The translations under genes and the position numbers were made by a program. From NCBI GenBank assembly GCA_003565295.1, contig PXCO01000129.1, positions 45,929-109,928 on the forward strand: DNA of 64,000 nucleotides, read 5' to 3'. Below the pieces are notes generated by a model. It saw nothing but the letters and a program-made list of their open reading frames with translations. It had not been told where the DNA came from and did no database searches. Origin of the DNA: Cyclobacteriaceae bacterium (GTDB lineage: Bacteria; Bacteroidota; Bacteroidia; Cytophagales; Cyclobacteriaceae). This document shows positions 1 to 9,223 of this stretch, piece by piece. How positions within the stretch are numbered: position 1 is the stretch's first letter; every line of letters starts with the position of its first letter.

Positions 1-1
1 A

Positions 2-3000
2 AGGGGTAAGGTGAAGGATGCAATTCAAAAAAGGGAGGTGCCCTTGGCCATTGGGATCTATGGTTCGTCTCATGATTATGAGAAATCTTTTATAGGCGTA
101 TGGAACTACTTTTCTGTGATTGGTGAGCAGCCATATATCATTAGAAATTTGGCTGACATCAATAGATTGATGGGTGATCCTGACCATGTGATCAACCTCA
201 ATGAATATTTCAATGACAACGACGGGGTAAGCAAACTCACCTATACCGTAGAGCAAAACACCAATCCTAGCATTGGGGCAAGTATAGAGGAAAATTTGCT
301 TTCACTCACTTTCCCTAACGATGAAATAGACTCGGATATCACGGTTCGTGCCACAGATGAGAAGGGGTATTATGTTGAACAAACTTTTAACGTATTTGTG
401 GAACAGGACGTGGAAATTATTCTAAGAATTAATGCAGGCGGGCCTATACTCGACGCATCGGACTCGCCAAATCCATACTGGCTGGCTAATAATGCCTCAG
501 GGGCTCATCAAACGGAAAAATATAGCCTGGATGATTCCAGGAGTGCCACCAATTCATTTCCTATCGAAAATAGGCACCCGTCCATACCCTCTTATATTGA
601 TGATGACACCTATTTGAAAATTTTCCAGCATGAAAGACATACGGTGAATGAAAGTATGACTTACAAAATTCCATTGCCGAATGGGGACTATTTTGTAAAT
701 ATCTATATGGGGAATGGGTTTGAAGGAACCTCTACCGTACTAAGCCGGTTTTTTAATATTTCCATAGAAGGCGAAGTGGTAGAAAACCAAATCGATCTCA
801 TCGCAAGCTTTGGACATAAAGTCGGAGCCATGCGGCAATATCCAGTGACTCTTCAAGATGGGGTGTTGGATATTAGTTTCATCAAACAAAAAGAAAACCC
901 CTTGGTCAATGGCATAGAAATCATCGGTAAGCCGATTCAGACACCTATCATTGTGGAACCCATTCAAGACCTCATTAATTTTGCAGGGCACGAATTGGAT
1001 GGGAGCATGTTTGTGGTGGCTTCTGGAGGAGATGGTAACCTTAACTTCACCGCGGAAGGACTTCCACCCGGGGTCTTCATGGAACCAACCAACGGGACCA
1101 TATATGGGGCCATTTCAGAGGACGCACTTGCCAATAGCCCATACAGGGTAAGGGTGGTCGTAGATGACGATGATGCCATATCCTCTGATGCCAGGAGCTT
1201 TAACTTCACATGGACCATAAGTCCCCCCCTCACCTCACAGAAATGGCATGCCAAAAATGAATCCCAATCCTATACCGGGAGGCATGAAAATTCCTTTGTT
1301 CAGGCAGGAGATAGGTTTTATCTGATGGGGGGTAGGGAAAGCTCCCGTACAGTGGAAGTATATGACTACAGCAAGGATGAATGGAAGGCACTTTCAAATA
1401 TAACCCCCGTAAGCCTCAACCACTTCCAGGCAGTAGAATATCAGGGGTTTATTTGGGTAATTGGTGCGTTTAAAACGAACAACTTCCCGGATGAGGAACC
1501 TGCAGAAAATATTTGGATTTTTGACCCTTCAGTTGAAGCTTGGATCAAAGGCCCTGAAATTCCCGAGCAAAGAAGAAGAGGATCTGCCGGTCTGGTCGTA
1601 TTTAACGACAAATTTTATGTGGTCAATGGGAATAAGCTCGGGCATAATGGGCAGTATGTAAATTACTTTGATAGTTATGATCCTTATACGGGTGAATGGG
1701 AAATCCTGGAACCTTCTCCAAGACCCAGGGACCACTTTTTTGCCACAGTGTTAGGAAACGAGATGTATGTGGCATCTGGAAGACTTTCTGGAGGAGATGG
1801 AGGTACTTTTGGTCCTGTAATTCCAGAGGTGGATGTGTATAATTTTTTCACTAAAACCTGGTCTACCTTGCCGGAAGATCAAAATATCCCAACCCCAAGA
1901 GCAGGGGCAACTTCTAACAATTATTTGGGGAAATTGATCGTGGCAGGTGGGGAGGTGCCGGGAGTCAGCGATGCTTTGGCAACCACAGAAATGTATGACC
2001 CCAAGGTGAAAAGGTGGTCGGTTTTGCACCCGATGAATTTTATGAGGCACGGTACACAGGCAATAGTTTCAGGAAAAGGGGTGTATGTGCTTGCAGGATC
2101 CCCAAAAAGGGGAGGAGGGAATCAAAAGAATATGGAGTTCTTTGGGTTTGACCAGCCTGCCGGGGATCCGTTGGTTAAAAGTGCTTTATCGGTAAAGGAT
2201 ACTGTTTTGTTGAAATTTGGGGTGGTCTCCAAGCTACCCATAAAGGTCAATGAAGGAAATATGGGGGAAATTATACATTCCATTTCTGTTACCGGGTCTG
2301 ATTCCCTGGATTATGTTATACATGGGGAAATTCCTGACCGACAAATTCTTTGGCCCGCTGGCCATGAAATGGAAATAGAGTTGGAATACACTGGTCAATC
2401 CGAAGAATCTACTGCTAATTTGGAAATTACCTATGGTAATGGCCAAGTGAAAAAGGTTTTACTCCTTGGAGATGGAGTATATGAACAGGTTAATGTAAGT
2501 TTAAATGCAGGTTCTAATTCTACTGTGTCCTATGAAGGGATATCCTATGTGGGAGATAATACCATGCCTTCCCTTTATAGCGCCTCCCGAACAAATAGTA
2601 ATGGCTCTGCCAGTACTATACCTCTGTATCAAACCGAAAGGTTTGCTTCCAACCTTCAATATTCCATTCCCTTGCCGAACGGAATTTACACGGTGACCAC
2701 CCATCACAATGAACTCTGGTTTGGAAAAAGAGATGGGGTCGAGGAGGGGCCAGGGAAAAGAGTCTACGATATTTTGATTGAAGGTGAACTGGTAAAAGAA
2801 AAACTAGACCTTTATGTAGAAAACGCCAATCAGCCTTTGGCTCTTACTTTCGAAAACATCATTGTTCAGGACGGTGAATTAAATTTGAGCTTAGTGGCTT
2901 CTGCCAATAATGCATCAATTTCAGGCATTCATATTGAAAACGAAGGTTCTTTAATTTCAATGCCCGTTTCCAGACCCTCAGCAAGTGTGTCGTCCGGGCC

Positions 3001-5479
3001 TGCTCCTTTGGAGGTGGAATTTTATGCCGGAGAATCTGCCGGGTTACCTCCATTTGAATATGAATGGGATTTCGGAAATGACTCCATTTCAAATGAACCT
3101 AATCCCACCTATGTTTTCACCCAACCCGGAGAATACATAGTTTCATTGAAGATTACGGATAGCAATGGGGAATCCGATCAAGAGCAGTTAATAATCAGGG
3201 TAGATGAAGAGGAACCGGATTTTACACTATTTCTCAATGCAGGTAGTTCCAATTTAGTCACCTATGAAGGAGTAGAATATACAGGTGACGCTAATTTCCC
3301 GGATTATTACAGCAGCAACAGAACCTATTCAAATGCATCTGCCAGTCCTTATCCCCTGTTCAATTCTGAAAGGTTCGACAGTAAAATGTATTATACCATA
3401 CCTTTGGAAAACGGTACCTATACCGTTAGGACTTACCATAATGAATTATGGTTTGGCAAATCAGGACCGGATGCCACGGCTGGGCAAAGGGTTTACGATA
3501 TCCTGGTAGAAGGGGAATTAAAAATTGCTGACTTTGACTTATTTGTTGCCAACAATAACCTTCCTTTTGTTCACACCTTTGAACAGGTAGAAGTTACTGA
3601 TGGCGTTTTAAATCTTTCATTCATTGGAAAGGCAAACAATGCCAGTGTTTCAGGAATTTCCATTGTTTCAGTACGAGAAGGGGAGAAACCCCCGAGCATT
3701 GAGTTAACGGCTTCGGAAACCGCCGGTGTTTCGCCATTGGAAGTTCAGTTCAATGCCAATGTTTCGGGTTTTCAGGACGCTGTTGACTATTTCTGGAATT
3801 TTGGGGACGGCAATTTCTCAACGGAAAAAAACCCCTCTCATACGTACCTTCAGGTTGGAGATTTTCTTGCCAGTGTCACTGTCACGGATGAATTGGACCA
3901 ATCGGTTACCGAAGAGTTGGCTATAACCGTTTACGAGGAATCGGGTTCTATATCTCCGGCATTTGAGCTTTATCTTAATGTGGGCACCTCAAATTCCACC
4001 AGCTATGAAGGCAATGATTACGTTGGAGATGGGAATTTCCCGGATTATTACAACAGCACAAGAACTTATGCAAATGGGTCCGCAAGCAGTTTCCCACTAT
4101 TCAATACAGAAAGGTTTAATGGGAATCTGTCCTTTAGAATACCACTCGAAAATGGAGTTTATACGGTAAGTACCTATCATAATGAACTTTGGTTTGGCAA
4201 ATCCGGCCCGGAAGCCACAGCAGGGCAGCGTGTTTATTCCATATTTATTGAAGGGGATTTGGTTAAACCTAATTTCGATCTCTTTGTGGTAAATGACAAT
4301 CAACCTTATATCAATACATTTGAGAACATCGAGGTGACGGATGGGGAATTGCATATTAACCTCGTAGCGTCTGCAAATAATGCGACGCTATCAGGGCTGT
4401 CCATAATTTCTCAGGAAGGGGAGGTAGAATTGCCCATGGCGCGCTTCCAATCATCCGTGGAAAGTGGCCCGGCACCTTTAGAGGTTCTGTTTGATGGATC
4501 TGCATCTACTGGCATTGCTCCCTTGAGCTTTTCTTGGGAATTTGGAGACGGAACCATGGCCAGTTCCCCGGAAGTGGAAAAGACCTTTGACCAACCGGGT
4601 GATTACCAGGTGACCTTAACCGTTACCGATAGCGCTGGGAATATGAATTCCACACAGAAGACGATTGAAGTTACTGACCCGAACGAGTTGTTCAGGCTCT
4701 ATTTAAATGCGGGAACACTAAATAACGTGTCCTATGAAAATAACGCTTATCTGGGAGATGCACAATTTGACAATATCTATAACAGCACCAGGACCAGTTC
4801 AAATAGCACTGCAAGCAGTTTCCCTTTATTTAATACCGAAAGGTGGGGGAAGAACTTGAAATATACCATACCTGTTGAAAATGGTATTTATACGGTGAGG
4901 ACGTATCATAATGAACTTTGGTTTGGCAAGGGAGGTCCCGAGGCCAAACCTGGTCAAAGGGTAATTGACATATTCTTGGAGGGGGAACTTGTCAAGGAAA
5001 ATTTTGACATCTTTGTGGAAGGTAATAATGGGCCGACTGTATTCAACTTTGAAAATATTGAAGTGGAAGATGGGATACTGAATCTTGATTTAGTGGGAGT
5101 GGAAAACAATGGAACACTTTCTGGTCTAGCCATATTGGAGCAAAAGGGGATTTTAGAAGGTTCAGGCACTAATTTGAGGATTAGGGTGGAGGAAGAGCCT
5201 ACCGGAACTACCATGCAAGAACTGATCAACCTTTCCTTTGCACTCAACCCGAACCCTGCTGCATTACAAACTAAAGTTTCTTGGGATGCACGGATTCGAC
5301 CACAAGGGTTGATGCTCTATGATATGACAGGCAGACTGATTCTGTTCAGGGACCTTAAAGGTCTGGATAAGTCAGAGGTAGAAATCCCATTAAACGTGGT
5401 TCGTCAGGGGATGTATATGATAACCATAATGGGGAGTGAAGGGGTGATCAAACGGATGAAATTGGTGGTGGAAAAATAA
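2..5479 (+). CDS. Giant secreted surface protein, 5'-partial. Contains cadherin/Ig-like domains, one divergent and four tandem malectin-like carbohydrate-binding domains interleaved with three PKD domains, a Kelch beta-propeller, and a C-terminal T9SS sorting domain.
   Basis: The frame is open to the window edge (codons 2-10 have no stop), and no signal peptide follows the first GTG at 11. About six Kelch-like blades lie at aa ~410-700. A repeat of the form LNAG..YEG..Y.GD...ER...Y.IPL.NG.YTV.T.HNELWFGK...G.RVYDI..EG occurs four times. PKD-like 'PLEV.F......W.FGDG....NP.H.Y...G.Y.V.L.V.D' occurs three times. The last ~80 aa (LNPNPA...LYDMTGRL...GMYMITI...) resemble a type-A T9SS CTD. Confidence 0.85.
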   Translation, partial: RGKVKDAIQKREVPLAIGIYGSSHDYEKSFIGVWNYFSVIGEQPYIIRNLADINRLMGDPDHVINLNEYFNDNDGVSKLTYTVEQNTNPSIGASIEENLLSLTFPNDEIDSDITVRATDEKGYYVEQTFNVFVEQDVEIILRINAGGPILDASDSPNPYWLANNASGAHQTEKYSLDDSRSATNSFPIENRHPSIPSYIDDDTYLKIFQHERHTVNESMTYKIPLPNGDYFVNIYMGNGFEGTSTVLSRFFNISIEGEVVENQIDLIASFGHKVGAMRQYPVTLQDGVLDISFIKQKENPLVNGIEIIGKPIQTPIIVEPIQDLINFAGHELDGSMFVVASGGDGNLNFTAEGLPPGVFMEPTNGTIYGAISEDALANSPYRVRVVVDDDDAISSDARSFNFTWTISPPLTSQKWHAKNESQSYTGRHENSFVQAGDRFYLMGGRESSRTVEVYDYSKDEWKALSNITPVSLNHFQAVEYQGFIWVIGAFKTNNFPDEEPAENIWIFDPSVEAWIKGPEIPEQRRRGSAGLVVFNDKFYVVNGNKLGHNGQYVNYFDSYDPYTGEWEILEPSPRPRDHFFATVLGNEMYVASGRLSGGDGGTFGPVIPEVDVYNFFTKTWSTLPEDQNIPTPRAGATSNNYLGKLIVAGGEVPGVSDALATTEMYDPKVKRWSVLHPMNFMRHGTQAIVSGKGVYVLAGSPKRGGGNQKNMEFFGFDQPAGDPLVKSALSVKDTVLLKFGVVSKLPIKVNEGNMGEIIHSISVTGSDSLDYVIHGEIPDRQILWPAGHEMEIELEYTGQSEESTANLEITYGNGQVKKVLLLGDGVYEQVNVSLNAGSNSTVSYEGISYVGDNTMPSLYSASRTNSNGSASTIPLYQTERFASNLQYSIPLPNGIYTVTTHHNELWFGKRDGVEEGPGKRVYDILIEGELVKEKLDLYVENANQPLALTFENIIVQDGELNLSLVASANNASISGIHIENEGSLISMPVSRPSASVSSGPAPLEVEFYAGESAGLPPFEYEWDFGNDSISNEPNPTYVFTQPGEYIVSLKITDSNGESDQEQLIIRVDEEEPDFTLFLNAGSSNLVTYEGVEYTGDANFPDYYSSNRTYSNASASPYPLFNSERFDSKMYYTIPLENGTYTVRTYHNELWFGKSGPDATAGQRVYDILVEGELKIADFDLFVANNNLPFVHTFEQVEVTDGVLNLSFIGKANNASVSGISIVSVREGEKPPSIELTASETAGVSPLEVQFNANVSGFQDAVDYFWNFGDGNFSTEKNPSHTYLQVGDFLASVTVTDELDQSVTEELAITVYEESGSISPAFELYLNVGTSNSTSYEGNDYVGDGNFPDYYNSTRTYANGSASSFPLFNTERFNGNLSFRIPLENGVYTVSTYHNELWFGKSGPEATAGQRVYSIFIEGDLVKPNFDLFVVNDNQPYINTFENIEVTDGELHINLVASANNATLSGLSIISQEGEVELPMARFQSSVESGPAPLEVLFDGSASTGIAPLSFSWEFGDGTMASSPEVEKTFDQPGDYQVTLTVTDSAGNMNSTQKTIEVTDPNELFRLYLNAGTLNNVSYENNAYLGDAQFDNIYNSTRTSSNSTASSFPLFNTERWGKNLKYTIPVENGIYTVRTYHNELWFGKGGPEAKPGQRVIDIFLEGELVKENFDIFVEGNNGPTVFNFENIEVEDGILNLDLVGVENNGTLSGLAILEQKGILEGSGTNLRIRVEEEPTGTTMQELINLSFALNPNPAALQTKVSWDARIRPQGLMLYDMTGRLILFRDLKGLDKSEVEIPLNVVRQGMYMITIMGSEGVIKRMKLVVEK
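2489..5141 (+). repeat. Tandem in-frame coding repeat (malectin-like domain plus PKD domain), about 730-bp period, roughly 3.6 units
   Basis: The 'xxLNAG/LNVG' module starts recur at about 2501, 3233, 3974 and 4703, giving spacings of 732, 741 and 729 nt. The four malectin-like units are clearly alignable residue by residue in the translation. Confidence 0.85.
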
Positions 5480-5501
5480 ATAATTGGAAAGGTGGTAAAA
5501 C

Positions 5502-5533
5502 AAAAAAACCCGGTCAACAGACCGGGTTTTTTT
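5502..5533 (+). terminator. Rho-independent terminator downstream of the giant surface protein gene
   Basis: A-run, then stem acccggtc / gaccgggt (loop aaca) at 5508-5527, followed by a T-run at 5527-5533. Confidence 0.8.
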
Positions 5534-5615
5534 ATTCACTTTAACCACTAACAACCACAAACAAAATTCATCATGCTTTCGAAGCTAATCGCAAGATGAC
5601 AAACATCATTTGTTG

Positions 5616-5687
5616 TAGTCCGTACGGGAATCGAACCCGTGTTTCATCCGTGAAAGGGATGCGTCCTAACCCCTAGACGAACGGACC
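5616..5687 (-). tRNA. tRNA-Glu: tRNA-Glu (anticodon UUC)
   Basis: The reverse complement GGTCCGTTCGTCTAGGGGTTAGGACGCATCCCTTTCACGGATGAAACACGGGTTCGATTCCCGTACGGACTA folds into a cloverleaf. Acceptor stem is GGTCCGT/ACGGACT, anticodon stem CATCC/GGATG with loop CTTTCAC, T-arm ACGGG-TTCGATT-CCCGT, discriminator A. No CCA is encoded. Confidence 0.95.
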
Positions 5688-5724
5688 AAATGTGATTTTT
5701 GAAGGCTATTCCAGAAATGTCCTG

Positions 5725-5732
5725 CAAATATA
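5725..5732 (-). promoter_or_regulatory. Putative Bacteroidetes -7 promoter box (TATATTTG) upstream of tRNA-Glu
   Basis: On the minus strand this reads TATATTTG, matching the TAnnTTTG consensus. It lies about 40 nt upstream of the tRNA 5' end, and a TTG sits about 21 nt further upstream (5754-5756). Motif match only. Confidence 0.3.
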
Positions 5733-5915
5733 GAGGGATTATGCAGCATTACCAAACCCCACCAAAAAATATTTGGAATTTCGCCACAAGCGGTTGTAGG
5801 TCAGAAATATGGTTTTTTTCACCACAGGCCTACCTTGGGTTGAGGGGAAAGAAAGGATAAACAATCATTATGATTAAGCAGCAGATAGGGCAATTTGTAT
5901 TTTTCATGTGGTTCT

Positions 5916-6020
5916 GGGGAATCTCGCATCTCCCCGATAGCCCCGTAGATATCGGGGGGGCATCCCTCTGTGTGTCGCCTGCGTTATGCCCTGACTGCCG
6001 TCAGGACAGGCTCGATTTCA
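5916..6020. repeat. GC-rich structured intergenic repeat, copy A (inverted relative to copy B at 57795-57895)
   Basis: Core gggcatccctctgtgtgtcgcctgcgttatgccctgactgccgtcaggacaggctcgattt (5958-6018) is near-identical to the reverse complement of 57798-57858. It contains the hairpins gggcat/atgccc and cctgac-tgcc-gtcagg. Confidence 0.8.
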
Positions 6021-6120
6021 TGTTTTTATTGTCAAATCAATCAAACTTTTTTCATTCCAAATATGTTTCCCCATAAAACCTATAGGTTAAACTATTTTAT
6101 CATTTAAAGCTAATACTAAC

Positions 6121-6756
6121 ATGGCATTACGACTAGGGGACACCGCTCCCGATTTTACAGCGGAATCTACAGAAGGAACGATTCGTTTTCACGAATACCT
6201 TGGCGACCACTGGGGCATTTTATTTTCACACCCCGCAGACTACACTCCGGTATGCACCACCGAACTGGGAACAGCGGCCAAGCTAAAGGCTGAATTTGAC
6301 AAGAGAAATGTAAAAATGATCGCATTGAGTGTGGATGGGCTGGATAGCCATAAAGGTTGGGTCAATGACATCAATGAAACCCAGCAGACTACCGTTAACT
6401 TCCCCATTATTGCAGATGAGGACAGGAAGGTTTCTGACCTTTATGACATGATCCACCCCAATTCCAATGAGAATTTCACCGTAAGATCCGTTTTTGTCAT
6501 CGGGAACGACAAAAAAATCAAACTCATCATCACCTATCCGGCAAGTACAGGAAGAAACTTCGATGAATTACTAAGGGTGATCGATTCCCTTCAACTGACG
6601 GCCAACTATTCTGTAGCCACACCGGCGAATTGGAAACACGGTGAGGATGTGGTCATAGCCCCGGCCATCACCAACGAGGAAATACCAGCCAAGTTCCCGA
6701 AGGGACATAAGGAGATCAAACCTTACCTGAGAACGACACCACAACCCAATCTCTAA
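6121..6756 (+). CDS. 1-Cys peroxiredoxin (Prx6-type)
   Basis: 211 aa. N-terminal 'LGDTAPDF' and the peroxidatic motif 'HPADYTPVCTTELG'. Full-length fit to the Prx6 family layout. Confidence 0.9.
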   Translation: MALRLGDTAPDFTAESTEGTIRFHEYLGDHWGILFSHPADYTPVCTTELGTAAKLKAEFDKRNVKMIALSVDGLDSHKGWVNDINETQQTTVNFPIIADEDRKVSDLYDMIHPNSNENFTVRSVFVIGNDKKIKLIITYPASTGRNFDELLRVIDSLQLTANYSVATPANWKHGEDVVIAPAITNEEIPAKFPKGHKEIKPYLRTTPQPNL

Positions 6757-6771
6757 ATTCATTTTATCTTC

Positions 6772-6819
6772 AAAGCAGTCAAAATCAAGGGAATCTTGGG
6801 GTTGGCTGCTTTTCTTTTA
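6772..6819 (+). terminator. Possible Rho-independent terminator after the peroxiredoxin gene
   Basis: Imperfect long hairpin aaagcagtc...ggctgcttt (8/9 outer pairs, with inner caag/cttg pairing), followed by ttttctttt. Confidence 0.4.
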
Positions 6820-6906
6820 CAATTTATATCCGCTGATTTTCCTATTGAGTTGTTAGTCACTTTATTCGTATATTTAGGTCCTTTTAATCATCAGTAGGGA
6901 AAGAAA

Positions 6907-7995
6907 ATGGAAAATCAGCAGATTTGCTCCGTTATTACGGGGTCGGGTAGGTATGTACCAGGGAGGGTGATCGCCAATGAGGACTTTTTAGACCATTCTT
7001 TTTTTGATACCGAAGGCAAAAGAATTCAAAAGCCCACCAAGGATATCGTAGCCACCCTTGAAAAAATCACCCATATCAAAGAAAGGCGCTATCTGGAAAA
7101 GGACCTCATGACCTCTGATATGGGGTATTATGCGGGAGAAAAAGCCATACAGGATGCCAAAGTGGACAAAGAATCCCTGGATTATATCATCCTAGCCCAT
7201 AATTTCGGGGATATTCGCGAGGATAACCGAAGAGTGGATACCTGCCCTACTTTGGCGGCCAGGGTAAAGCATAAATTGGGCATAAAGAACCCTTATACCG
7301 TCGCTTACGACCTCCCATTTGGTTGTCCGGGTTGGGTGCAGGCCATGATACAAGCCGATTATTTTATCAGGTCGGGAGATGCAAAGCGGGTGTTGGTGAT
7401 TGGGGCGGAGACGCTCTCCAGGATTTCTGACCCCCATGACATGGATAGCATGATCTTCTCCGATGGGGCCGGTGCGGTAATCTTGGAGGCCCGGCCTAGG
7501 CTGGATGAAGAAGGTATTGTAAAACATGTGACAAGGTCAGATACCTATGAGCATGCCCATCTGTTAAGAATGAACACCTCAAATAATCCCTGTTTTGTTG
7601 ATAACACCCTCTTTTTAAAGATGAACGGGAGAAAGCTGTATGAATATGCGATCAAAACTGTGCCAACTACCTTAAAAGAATGTATTGATAAAGCGGGGTT
7701 GCAATTATCAGACATTAAAAAGGTGTTTATCCATCAGGCAAATGCCAAAATGGACCATAATATTCTGGAGCGGCTTTTCGCCTTATATGAGCTCGAAAAC
7801 CCTGACCCTCACTTGATGCCCATGTCCATTACCCGTCTCGGCAACAATTCTGTCGCCACAGTGCCTATTTTATACGATTTGGTAGTGAAGGGAAAGATGA
7901 AGGATCAACATATTGAAAAGGGAAGCTACATCTTGTTCGCTTCTGTGGGTGCGGGGATGAACCTAAACGCATTTGTGTATAAGGTTCCCCAATAA
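6907..7995 (+). CDS. Beta-ketoacyl-ACP synthase III family protein (FabH-like)
   Basis: 362 aa. Thiolase-fold KAS III pattern with active-site Cys in 'FGCPGW', His in 'IHQAN' and Asn in 'GNNSVA'. Confidence 0.8.
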   Translation: MENQQICSVITGSGRYVPGRVIANEDFLDHSFFDTEGKRIQKPTKDIVATLEKITHIKERRYLEKDLMTSDMGYYAGEKAIQDAKVDKESLDYIILAHNFGDIREDNRRVDTCPTLAARVKHKLGIKNPYTVAYDLPFGCPGWVQAMIQADYFIRSGDAKRVLVIGAETLSRISDPHDMDSMIFSDGAGAVILEARPRLDEEGIVKHVTRSDTYEHAHLLRMNTSNNPCFVDNTLFLKMNGRKLYEYAIKTVPTTLKECIDKAGLQLSDIKKVFIHQANAKMDHNILERLFALYELENPDPHLMPMSITRLGNNSVATVPILYDLVVKGKMKDQHIEKGSYILFASVGAGMNLNAFVYKVPQ

Positions 7996-8031
7996 TTTTG
8001 TATCATTGGGGGAACCATCCACACTCAAACC

Positions 8032-8865
8032 ATGAAAATTGACGCCCACCAACATTTCTGGAAATATGACCCTGAGAAGCTCCCATGGATAGGGGAAGGT
8101 CTTGGGATTCTGAAGCGTGACTTTCTCCCAAAAGACCTTAAACCACTTCTTGATCAGCATGGGATTAGTGGCTGTGTGGCAGTTCAGGCCTCCCAAACGG
8201 AGCTTGAAACCCATTTTTTATTGGATTTGGCGGCGGATAACCTTTTTATAAAGGCTGTCGTGGGCTGGGTGGACCTGGAGGGTAGAGACCTGGAAACCAA
8301 ATTGGATGCCTATTTGCCATTTCATAAGTTAAAGGGGTTCAGGCATGTATTGCAGGATGAGGATGACCCTGATTATATTTTAAGATCCGATTTTTTGAAA
8401 GGAATGGAGACCCTGGGCAAAAGAGGCTATTCCTATGATATTTTGATCTTTCCGCATCAGATGCCGGGTGTGATCAAGGCACTTGGAATTCTCCCTGAAA
8501 TGCCATTCGTGCTGGATCACTTAGCCAAACCCCTTATCAAAGAGAGAAAGTTGCAACCCTGGAAGGATTACCTCAAGGCCATAGCTGAGTTCCCCCATGT
8601 ATATTGCAAGCTTTCCGGAATGGTGACCGAGAATAATTGGAAAGGATGGGAAAAGGAGGAGTTTTATCCTTATTTAGAGATAGCCATAGAGACCTTTGGA
8701 GAAGATAGAATAATGTTTGGGTCAGACTGGCCGGTATGCCTTTTGGCTGCCAACTACGCCGAGGTAATTGATGTGTTGAAAGGGTTTTATTCTTCCAATG
8801 CCATGACCGGATTTGATAAAATGATGGGTGAAAACGGAAAAGAATTTTACCGCTTACATGCTTAA
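8032..8865 (+). CDS. Amidohydrolase-2 family metal-dependent hydrolase (L-fuconolactonase-like)
   Basis: 277 aa. N-terminal 'IDAHQHFW' HxH metal motif. The length and the C-terminal 'FGSDWP' are typical of this family. Confidence 0.7.
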   Translation: MKIDAHQHFWKYDPEKLPWIGEGLGILKRDFLPKDLKPLLDQHGISGCVAVQASQTELETHFLLDLAADNLFIKAVVGWVDLEGRDLETKLDAYLPFHKLKGFRHVLQDEDDPDYILRSDFLKGMETLGKRGYSYDILIFPHQMPGVIKALGILPEMPFVLDHLAKPLIKERKLQPWKDYLKAIAEFPHVYCKLSGMVTENNWKGWEKEEFYPYLEIAIETFGEDRIMFGSDWPVCLLAANYAEVIDVLKGFYSSNAMTGFDKMMGENGKEFYRLHA

Positions 8866-8875
8866 TCCATGAACT

Positions 8876-9211
8876 ATGATGAGATATTGCTTGGCACTTG
8901 ACCTAAAAGATGATCCACAGGCCATAGACCGCTATATCAAGCACCATCAAAAGGTGCCGGAGGCTATCCTCCAAAGTATCAGGGATGCTGGGATAAATGA
9001 AATGGAAATCTTTATAAGTGGAAACCGCCTGATGATGGTAATTGAGGTAAGTGAGGAGTTTAGTTTTGAGAAGAAAGCAAAAATGGATGCAGAAAACCAG
9101 GAAGTGCAGGAATGGGAATCCTTAATGTCCACCTTGCAGCAGGCTCTACCCTGGGCAAAGGAGGGAGAGAAATGGATCTTAATGCAAAAGATCTTCTCCC
9201 TTCCCAAATAA
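8876..9211 (+). CDS. L-rhamnose mutarotase family protein
   Basis: 111 aa small alpha/beta protein. 'LDLKDDP..I..Y...H..V.PE' and 'E..ISGNRL.MV.E' match the RhaM/DUF718 pattern. Sits next to the lactonase-like gene. Confidence 0.65.
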   Translation: MMRYCLALDLKDDPQAIDRYIKHHQKVPEAILQSIRDAGINEMEIFISGNRLMMVIEVSEEFSFEKKAKMDAENQEVQEWESLMSTLQQALPWAKEGEKWILMQKIFSLPK

Positions 9212-9223
9212 TCCTCAAGCAGA

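Noticed and set aside
2489-5141. Periodic repeats that might suggest a CRISPR or satellite array
   Set aside because: The period is about 730 bp, the repeats are in frame, and they encode malectin-like and PKD protein domains inside one long ORF. There is no short repeat-spacer structure anywhere in the window.
5870-6076. 68-aa ORF between tRNA-Glu and the peroxiredoxin gene
   Set aside because: The ORF is generated by the GC-rich repeat element. The same element occurs inverted at 57795-57895 in a non-coding context, and the translated sequence is not conserved between the two copies in any single frame.
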